From Candidatus Poribacteria bacterium (GTDB lineage Bacteria; Poribacteria; WGA-4E; WGA-3G): a stretch of DNA of 64,000 bases. Of this stretch, positions 9,733 through 17,174 are shown in pieces. Where the stretch lies: positions 2,176,001 to 2,240,000 of the forward strand of contig CBDANF010000003.1 in the NCBI GenBank assembly GCA_965197475.1, read 5' to 3'. The stretch's first letter is position 1, and each line of letters opens with the position of its first letter. Below the pieces are notes generated by a model, which was not told where the DNA came from, ran no database searches, and saw nothing but the letters and a program-made list of their open reading frames with translations. The translations under genes and the position numbers were made by a program.

Positions 9733-10246
9733 AACAAACGAATGTGAAAACGTTCAAACCCAACTTTCTGCCTATTTTGACAATCAAATACCAACGTGGA
9801 AACGACATCTCATTCGATGGCATCTAAAGCGATGTTCGGTTTGCAAAACCCAAGCCAAGACGATAGAGCAAACGGATAAACTCCTCCGCTTTGTAGAACC
9901 TGTCAAAGCTTCTAACACTTTTCTTTCAGATGTAATGCTACAGGCATCCGCGATGAAAACATCTCAAAAAACACACCAGTCACTCTTTAACCGTTTTGGA
10001 TCGTTTGTTGAAAGCTTACAAGTATGGACGCGAAACAATATTCGTGCCTATAACCCAATTTATATGTTCGGGCTAATTTTCGGTGTATTCATGATGATAG
10101 GTGTAACACTTTACTCCCCTCGTATGGAAAAACTTAATCCGTTCCCGCAATTTAGTTCTAAATCACCAGAAGACCAACAGGAAAGACTAATTTCGTTTGA
10201 AGTAATTTTACAGCAAGAACCCAAACGTTCCCTTAAAATTCGTTGA
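9719..10246 (+). CDS. Zinc-finger (zf-HC2/ZAS) transmembrane anti-sigma factor
   Basis: Cys...LSAYFD...HLKRCSVC motif and one TM helix; overlaps the sigma gene 3' end; AGGAGG RBS. Confidence 0.85.
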   Translation: MPKYKTNECENVQTQLSAYFDNQIPTWKRHLIRWHLKRCSVCKTQAKTIEQTDKLLRFVEPVKASNTFLSDVMLQASAMKTSQKTHQSLFNRFGSFVESLQVWTRNNIRAYNPIYMFGLIFGVFMMIGVTLYSPRMEKLNPFPQFSSKSPEDQQERLISFEVILQQEPKRSLKIR

Positions 10247-10259
10247 TGAGGTATAAGCA

Positions 10260-12062
10260 ATGAAAAATATAACCCACCGTACTGTGAAATCGATTACTCG
10301 TAATGCGTTGTTTATTTCAATGATACTCCATGTATTCTTCCTAACTGCGCTGTTTTATTTTACTGTCCGTAACCAGCCAATTTTTCCTTTTCAAGACAAG
10401 CTGGACGCAACAATTGAAACACTACCGAAACAACTATCAAAGAAGCCGATGAAAACACCGATACGTGAACACAGGAAAACAACTGTATTTCAAGCAGCAA
10501 AAATGCCATCTACTACAGTTGAAACACCTAAGCCGCAAATGCCATTTCAACCGAGAGTAGGACCAACTTCACCTGTTATTACAGCACAACCGAGACTCAA
10601 GGAGACAAATACTGCCCCAGATGTAGAAGTGAATGTCAGCACCGCACTCCGCGAACTTCGTCAAGTTGAAGATGGGTTATCAAGGACTGAAGCAGCACAG
10701 CCAACAGTTGATGACACTCTCGGTTCAAAACGCTCTGGTGGCGTACCAGGGGTTCAACGTACACCTGTCCGTTCAACGCTTGATTTTGCTGAAACAGTAG
10801 GTGGTGATGGTGATGGCGCGGCACAAGTAGGCGGTTTATTTGAAAATAAACCTGCTTTACCTAACATCCAATTTAGTGATGTAATGAGGATGCTCGGAAG
10901 TGAAATTATAGGAACAAGTGATGGCGGGCCTATTGATGTCGTTTTTGTTATTGATGCCAGTGGTAGTATGGGGGATAACATCAAGGCAGTCGCTAATCAT
11001 TTAATTCATATGATTGATGTATACAAATCCACTGGAATTGACTACGCCCTCGGATTGACGCATTTTTCCACGCGGCCAGGTGAGGACGGGCGTGAAAGGG
11101 AAAATGAAATTCAAGTTATCCCATTGACCACGGATATACAAGATTATAAACGGGAAATATACGAAATTTTCGTTCGCAGAGACGAAAACGCATTGGATGC
11201 TATTGTGAAAACTGTTAACGAGATGCGGTTCCGTGCCACATCTAAAAAACATCTTATCCTCGTCACCGATGAACCTTTCACAAGCATAGAAGGCAAGACA
11301 GTGTATGACGCAATTGCACTCTGTAGCGAGTTCGGTATCTATGTCAACGTACTCGGGTTGCCAGACAAGGAACACCAATTACTCGCAGCAAGGACGCAAG
11401 GCAAATGGCACCCCATTCCTGGAAGACAAGGTGCCCCACAGTCCGTAGTCCAACGCAATACTGCCAGTACAGCAGCTGCGAAAGCAGAATTACTTAGAAA
11501 AGCACAATGGCAGAATGTCCAAAGGCTCAGCAGGGTCTTACTTCAAAATCCTGCGAATACGCCAGCGGATATTGTTTTGTTTATAGATAGTAGTAAAAGT
11601 ATGGAAAATAAACTGCCACATTTTGTAAATCAACTGGAGGTTTGGACTCGCGATTGGGATAGTGCACTCATTGACTATCAGATAGGTGTAGTGAGGTTTC
11701 ATTCACACGAATCCGATAATTCAGTGAATGTTTACAATGCTCCCCAAACCCTTGAGCAGGTCCGCAAAACCATTGAAATGCCGTGTCAAGATGATGAAAA
11801 TCTCCTACATGCAATTGCTGAAGCTTACAGACAGATTGAATTTCGTCAAGGCGCGAAAACCTATCTTTTTATTGTCACAGATGAACCTATAAGTAATAAA
11901 GCTTCATCTGCTGATGCTGTTATTCAGTTTCTGGAGAAAAAACTTGCCATTGTAAGTATTGTAGGAACTATTGACTATTTCCAAGAAGAGGTAACGGCTA
12001 AAACAGGCGGTATGTGGGTGCCGATCCCAGATGGACATACCACTAACGACCCAAACTGGTAA
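10260..12062 (+). CDS. Membrane-anchored protein with Pro-rich linker and two VWA domains (paralog 1)
   Basis: TM helix with SMILH; MIDAS motifs DASGS and DSSKS; two VTDEP motifs. Confidence 0.85.
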   Translation: MKNITHRTVKSITRNALFISMILHVFFLTALFYFTVRNQPIFPFQDKLDATIETLPKQLSKKPMKTPIREHRKTTVFQAAKMPSTTVETPKPQMPFQPRVGPTSPVITAQPRLKETNTAPDVEVNVSTALRELRQVEDGLSRTEAAQPTVDDTLGSKRSGGVPGVQRTPVRSTLDFAETVGGDGDGAAQVGGLFENKPALPNIQFSDVMRMLGSEIIGTSDGGPIDVVFVIDASGSMGDNIKAVANHLIHMIDVYKSTGIDYALGLTHFSTRPGEDGRERENEIQVIPLTTDIQDYKREIYEIFVRRDENALDAIVKTVNEMRFRATSKKHLILVTDEPFTSIEGKTVYDAIALCSEFGIYVNVLGLPDKEHQLLAARTQGKWHPIPGRQGAPQSVVQRNTASTAAAKAELLRKAQWQNVQRLSRVLLQNPANTPADIVLFIDSSKSMENKLPHFVNQLEVWTRDWDSALIDYQIGVVRFHSHESDNSVNVYNAPQTLEQVRKTIEMPCQDDENLLHAIAEAYRQIEFRQGAKTYLFIVTDEPISNKASSADAVIQFLEKKLAIVSIVGTIDYFQEEVTAKTGGMWVPIPDGHTTNDPNW

Positions 12063-12095
12063 GGTCTTACGAAATTCGTTGATGAGGTATAAACA

Positions 12096-13871
12096 ATGAA
12101 AAGTATAACCAACCGTACTGTGAAATCAATTACTCGTAATGCGTTGTTTATTTCAATGATACTTCATGTATTCCTCTTAATTGCGCTGTTTTATTTTACT
12201 GTTCGTAACCAGTCTATCTTATCTTTTCAAGACAAATTGGACGCAACAATTGAAACAGTACCAAAACCACCGCCATCAAAGAAGCTGGTGAAAGCACCAA
12301 TACGCCAACAGCGGAAAGCAACTGTGTTTGAAGCAGCAAAAATGTCACTTGCAGAAGTTGAGTCAATTGCCCCTGAAATAACATTTCAACCTCGTATTGC
12401 TCCAACGGCACCCGTTGTTACAGAACAACCACGACTTAAGCAGACAAATACTGCACCGGACATAAAAGTCAATGTTAGCACTGCACTCCGCGAACTCCGT
12501 CAAGTTGAAGATGGGTTATCAAGGACAGAAGCAGCACAACCGACAGTAGGCGGTTCCCTCGGTTCAAAACGCTCTGGTCCTCACGGTGTGCAACGTACGC
12601 CTATCCGTTCTACACTTGATATTGCTGGAAAAATAAGTAGTGATAACCCTACACAAATAGATGATCTCCAAGATAAAAAACAGCCTCTACCCCGTATTCA
12701 ATTTAGCAATGTTATGAAGAGTCTCGCAAACCAAATTGCTGAAACAAGCGATGGTGGACCGATTGATGTCGTTTTTGTCATTGATGCCAGCGGTAGCATG
12801 GGGGATAACATCAAGGCAGTTGCTAAACACCTAACAGAAATGATTGATGTTTACAAATCCTCTGATATTGATTATGCACTCGGCTTAACGCAATTTAATA
12901 CGTTTCAAAAGGAAAATGTCATTGAAGTTCTCCAATTGACCAAAAACTTATCCGAATACAAGCAGAATATACTTGCGATTGTCCCTGGCAAAGACGAAAA
13001 CGCATTGGATGCTATTGAGGAAACTGTCAATGCAATGCGGTTCCGTGCCACATCTAAAAAACATCTTATCCTCGTCACTGATGAACCTTTTACAAGCATA
13101 AAAGGCTTGAAAGTGCATGACGCAATTGCGCTCTGTAGTGAATTCGGCATCCATGTTAACGTACTGGGGCTCCCAAAAAAGGAACACCAACTACTTGCAT
13201 CTAAAACAAAAGGTAAATGGCACGCTATTCCTGAAAAACCAAGGAAACTACGGACAGCGCAGCGACGCAGTACTAACCTAACAGCAAACGCAAAAGCACA
13301 ATGGTTTAGAAAAGCACAATGGCAGGACGTACAGCTGATAGGCAAGGTACTGCTCCAAAATTCTGGGAATTCATCTGTGGATATTGTCTTATTTATTGAT
13401 GGAAGCAAGAGCATGGAAGATAAAATTCCACAATTTTTACAACAACTTGATATTTGGACTCGGGACTGGGATAACGCTCACCTCAATTATCAGATAGGTG
13501 TAGTTAAGTTTCGGAAACGTGGCTCCGTTAATACCGTGAATGTTTACAAGCCTCCCCAAACCCTTGAGCAAATACAAAAAATTGTTGAACTGCCGTGTCA
13601 AGATGACGAAAATCTATTACATGCCATTACTGAAGGATTGAGCCGGATTAAACTCCGACCGGATGTCCAAACGCATCTCATCCTCGTTACGGATGAACCC
13701 GTAAGTAAAAACGCTCCAACTTCAGCAATGATTCAGTATTTAATGGAAAAACCCGCAGTCGTAAGTGTTGTCGGAACTTTTGACGATTTCCAAGAAGAAG
13801 TTGCAGTTAAAACAGGCGGAATATGGGTGCCGATCCCAGATGGATACATCAGTAACAACTCAAACTGGTAA
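12096..13871 (+). CDS. Membrane-anchored protein with Pro-rich linker and two VWA domains (paralog 2)
   Basis: Same architecture; DASGS and DGSKS; long identical stretches with paralog 1. Confidence 0.85.
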   Translation: MKSITNRTVKSITRNALFISMILHVFLLIALFYFTVRNQSILSFQDKLDATIETVPKPPPSKKLVKAPIRQQRKATVFEAAKMSLAEVESIAPEITFQPRIAPTAPVVTEQPRLKQTNTAPDIKVNVSTALRELRQVEDGLSRTEAAQPTVGGSLGSKRSGPHGVQRTPIRSTLDIAGKISSDNPTQIDDLQDKKQPLPRIQFSNVMKSLANQIAETSDGGPIDVVFVIDASGSMGDNIKAVAKHLTEMIDVYKSSDIDYALGLTQFNTFQKENVIEVLQLTKNLSEYKQNILAIVPGKDENALDAIEETVNAMRFRATSKKHLILVTDEPFTSIKGLKVHDAIALCSEFGIHVNVLGLPKKEHQLLASKTKGKWHAIPEKPRKLRTAQRRSTNLTANAKAQWFRKAQWQDVQLIGKVLLQNSGNSSVDIVLFIDGSKSMEDKIPQFLQQLDIWTRDWDNAHLNYQIGVVKFRKRGSVNTVNVYKPPQTLEQIQKIVELPCQDDENLLHAITEGLSRIKLRPDVQTHLILVTDEPVSKNAPTSAMIQYLMEKPAVVSVVGTFDDFQEEVAVKTGGIWVPIPDGYISNNSNW

Positions 13872-13957
13872 GATTACTCACATCTGTTTTCTTAAGGGAC
13901 AGTTTATAATAAGGTTTTAGACAGCAAGTGGTTTCAAAATCATAAAAGAGATAAACA

Positions 13958-14563
13958 GTGAAAATTGCGGTCCTCGTTTCAGGAAGCGGAACTAATCTGC
14001 AAACCCTGATTGAGCAGTTACATGAAGACAAAACCAGCGGCATTGAAATCGCAGTTGTGATTAGTGACCGGCAGAAAGCATACGCATTGACACGGGCAAA
14101 ACATGCTGGTATACCAACACAAATTGTCAGAACCCAAGATTTTGAGAGCCGCGTTGCATTTGATGCTGAAATTGCAAGGCAAATTGAAAACTACTCGGTC
14201 GAACTAATTGTGCTTGCGGGTTTTATGAAATTGTTTCAACCCCCGTTCGTCCGAAAATATCGCAATCGGATTATTAACGTACACCCCAGCCTTTTGCCTG
14301 CTTTTCCAGGTGCAACCCCTGTTGCTGATACGTTAGCTTACGGCGTTAAAGTGACAGGTGTTACCGTTCATTTCGTTGACGAAGACGTAGATTCAGGGCC
14401 GATTATAGCGCAAACACCTGTCCCAGTTTATGATACAGACGATGAAGAGACCCTGCACAACCGGATTCAGATTGCAGAACATAAACTCTACCCGAAAGTG
14501 ATAAAGCACTATGCACAAGGCAAACTGAAAGTTGAAGTACGAAAAGTTATCAAAATGCCGTAA
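13958..14563 (+). CDS. purN: Phosphoribosylglycinamide formyltransferase
   Basis: VLVSGSGTNLQ, LAGFM, NVHPSLLPAFPG, TGVTVHFV, DSGPIIAQ. Confidence 0.95.
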   Translation: MKIAVLVSGSGTNLQTLIEQLHEDKTSGIEIAVVISDRQKAYALTRAKHAGIPTQIVRTQDFESRVAFDAEIARQIENYSVELIVLAGFMKLFQPPFVRKYRNRIINVHPSLLPAFPGATPVADTLAYGVKVTGVTVHFVDEDVDSGPIIAQTPVPVYDTDDEETLHNRIQIAEHKLYPKVIKHYAQGKLKVEVRKVIKMP

Positions 14564-14642
14564 GATTCCAGTACTTCCAAACGCAAATATCTGTTTTCCC
14601 ACACCATACACATTTTTTCTCCCGCAGAATTCGGAACAAATA

Positions 14643-15569
14643 ATGTTAGCAATTTCAACAATGTGGAACGCTTTGAAGCAACCGGATGGAGTTGCCCTAT
14701 TTGATGAGTTGAAAGAGCTCGGCTTTGAAGTAATCGCACTCAGTCGCCATCTCTCTCTTGAACAGGTTGAGCAACTCAAACCTATACTTCGTGACATTGG
14801 ACAAACGTCTCCCTGCACTGTCCAGAATTTCTGTCCCATCCTTCCCGGAACGCCACAAGCAGAAGCTGAAAATGACAAAATTCTCCTATCCAGCCTTGAT
14901 AACGATGAACGGAAAGAAGCAATTCGAAGAACCGTTCAAACAATGGAACTGGCTGCTGAAATGGAAGTGCCTACGATGATTCTCCGACTTGGGGAAGTGG
15001 ATACCTATGATCGCTCGTATCTGATGACGGATCTTTACGAGTACGGAGAACGAGAGTTTGAGGCATTTCGCAAAAAAGTGACCGAAGCAACAGAATGGCG
15101 AAAACGAAAAGAAACGAAACATCGTGACGCAGTGCTGCGAAGCCTGGATGAACTAAATGAACGCGCTTTACGAATGGAACTCTGCATCGCTATTGAAAAT
15201 AGACAACATTATTACCAAATTCCCAGTTTTGATGAAGTCGGGTTATTCTTTGATGAATTTTATGGCAGCCCGATGCGTTATTGGCACGATGTCGGACACG
15301 CCGCCCTCCAGGAAAAACTCGGACTTTGTCGGGCACATGAATGGCTTGAAGCATACAATGAACACCTCATCGGCGTAACGCTGCACGACCTACAAGAACT
15401 TGAGCCTTATCATCCACCAGGAGCCGGTGACCTTGAGTGGAATGAGTTTTTCACACAATTGCCATCCGATATAGTGAAAGTCATGGAAATTCAACATGGA
15501 GAAGCAGAAACAGTAATACAAGCACGAGAATTATGCGAATCGCTAACGAATACACAGAACGAGGCATAA
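14643..15569 (+). CDS. Xylose isomerase-like TIM barrel protein
   Basis: LSSLD..ERKEAI, IAIENR, YWHDVGH, LHD, HPPGAG; ATG at 14643 avoids overlap with purN. Confidence 0.8.
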   Translation: MLAISTMWNALKQPDGVALFDELKELGFEVIALSRHLSLEQVEQLKPILRDIGQTSPCTVQNFCPILPGTPQAEAENDKILLSSLDNDERKEAIRRTVQTMELAAEMEVPTMILRLGEVDTYDRSYLMTDLYEYGEREFEAFRKKVTEATEWRKRKETKHRDAVLRSLDELNERALRMELCIAIENRQHYYQIPSFDEVGLFFDEFYGSPMRYWHDVGHAALQEKLGLCRAHEWLEAYNEHLIGVTLHDLQELEPYHPPGAGDLEWNEFFTQLPSDIVKVMEIQHGEAETVIQARELCESLTNTQNEA

Positions 15570-15688
15570 TCTTCGTATCTCCCGAATCTATCTCGTATGA
15601 AAAATAAAAGGATTACCTACCTTTTGCAAAACGCACTTGAAAATACGAATCGCGTCATTTTTTTACAAGAAAAGATTAAACATTATAT

Positions 15689-15717
15689 TTGACAAAATTT
15701 TGCTAAATTGGCATAAT
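15689..15717 (+). promoter_or_regulatory. sigma70 promoter
   Basis: TTGACA-17 nt-CATAAT with extended -10 TG. Confidence 0.65.
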
Positions 15718-15785
15718 AGTTAACATTAAATAATTAGTCAAAAATTGGATCTCATCTGTCTCAAAACAGTAACTTCATTCCTAAC

Positions 15786-15870
15786 AGGACTTACCCAAAT
15801 TTGTTGATCATTATTAAATGATCGCACCTTACCAAAAAATCGAAAAATGGGAACTTATTGCGTACGTCCT
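15786..15870. mobile_element. MITE-like element (degenerate TIR AGGACTTACGCAA)
   Basis: AGGACTTACCCAAATTTG ... TTGCGTACGTCCT; ends match the element at 6976. Confidence 0.5.
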
Positions 15871-15919
15871 ATTATTCTAAGGCGGATAAGGTTCCGCTTC
15901 CACAAAGGAGTACTATCAA

Positions 15920-16774
15920 ATGACGAAACTTATTTCCATATTAAGTATCTTGCTTATGCTGGTAGCAGTCACAAGTTTTGCAGCAAAAGATGAAGCCACT
16001 GTTAAAGCAATTTGGAATTTTGATGAAGGTAATGTTACAGATTCCGCCGAAAACAATGTGATAGATTCTTCTGGTAACGAAGTGCACGGAACGTTCCTCG
16101 GCGAACCGGAAATCGTGGATGGCATCGTAGGAAAAGCGTTACATTTTGACGGTGAAACCCAAGGCGTTAAATTACCAGATGAAGAAGGTCTCAACACGGG
16201 TGGACCTTTTACTGACCGAACGATTATAGCTTTCTTCAAATGTGATGATGTGAGCATTCCAGAAAAAAAGCAAACGATTTTTGAAGAAGGTGGACGGTCA
16301 CGCGGTTTGGTTCTTTACGTCTTTGAGAGTAAAGTTTATGTTGCTGCTTGGAACCGCGCCGAATACAATTGGCCAGGGGCGTGGCCCTCAGTTGAAGTTG
16401 CTTCAGAGAGATGGTATCACGTTGCGCTGGTGATCCGTGAGGGTGGCAACGCAGTTGAAGCTGGCAAATTTGAGATGTGGCTTGATGGTGAAATGGTTGC
16501 AAGCGAACCCGGCGGACAAGTCTTCGCACACAGTGCTGATATTGGCATCGCGCATATGAATAGTGATACTCTTTTCCACGATGAAGACGGTTCAGGCACC
16601 GATATGCACTTTTTTGGTGGAACTGTTGATGAAGTAGAAGTCTATAACTCTGCATTTGATGCAGCTGATTTCGCGCATTATGCCGAAGTAATTAGTGAGG
16701 CTACAAGTGTGGAACCACAAGGGAAATATACGACTACGTGGGGCACGCTTAAAGTAGAAAGGACAAAACAGTAA
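15920..16774 (+). CDS. Secreted LamG/concanavalin A-like domain protein with C-terminal TTWGxLK tail
   Basis: Signal peptide; WNFDEG, GKALHFDG, WYHVALV, FGGTVDEV; ends SVEPQGKYTTTWGTLK. Confidence 0.88.
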   Translation: MTKLISILSILLMLVAVTSFAAKDEATVKAIWNFDEGNVTDSAENNVIDSSGNEVHGTFLGEPEIVDGIVGKALHFDGETQGVKLPDEEGLNTGGPFTDRTIIAFFKCDDVSIPEKKQTIFEEGGRSRGLVLYVFESKVYVAAWNRAEYNWPGAWPSVEVASERWYHVALVIREGGNAVEAGKFEMWLDGEMVASEPGGQVFAHSADIGIAHMNSDTLFHDEDGSGTDMHFFGGTVDEVEVYNSAFDAADFAHYAEVISEATSVEPQGKYTTTWGTLKVERTKQ

Positions 16775-16825
16775 TAGCGCAGCACGCATTCAAACAGTGT
16801 GCGGACATACGTTATCTCTGTTCTG

Positions 16826-16860
16826 AAGCACGGTAGTTTTTCTGACTACCGTGCTTTTTA
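16826..16860 (+). terminator. Rho-independent terminator
   Basis: AAGCACGGTAGT-loop-ACTACCGTGCTT followed by a T run. Confidence 0.75.
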
Positions 16861-16999
16861 TTTGCGTTGCAAAATTTACACAGTCGTTGCCAAAATGGCA
16901 CAATTCGTGCCACATTTGTTCAATCTATACTCCAATTATTCCCAATCAGATGCAGGGCAAAGCTTAGTCCCTCAGCCTGCCAAACTAACAGACAATTAT

Positions 17000-17015
17000 T
17001 GGCACAAATTTTGCT
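17000..17015 (+). promoter_or_regulatory. sigma54 (-24/-12) promoter upstream of clpB
   Basis: TGGCACAAATTTTGCT matches TGGCAC-N5-TTGC with GG-N10-GC spacing. Confidence 0.75.
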
Positions 17016-17105
17016 CCTAATAGTAAAATAACGTGAGTTCGATTTATGGTAATATTGAACATAATTCACCATTTCAGCGAACTTTACCCACAAAACCACA
17101 CACGA

Positions 17106-17129
17106 GTAGGTGCGGTTTCCTAACCGCAC
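17106..17129 (+). repeat. GTAG-type REP palindrome
   Basis: GTAG-GTGCGGTT-TCCT-AACCGCAC; related copy at 46309. Confidence 0.6.
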
Positions 17130-17174
17130 ATTATCAAACTCACGTTAAAATAGGAATGTCCAGGGAGATAAAAA

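Noticed and set aside
13872-13957. Purine or ZTP riboswitch upstream of purN
   Set aside because: The gap is short and I could not recognise any conserved aptamer motif; an Rfam scan would settle it.
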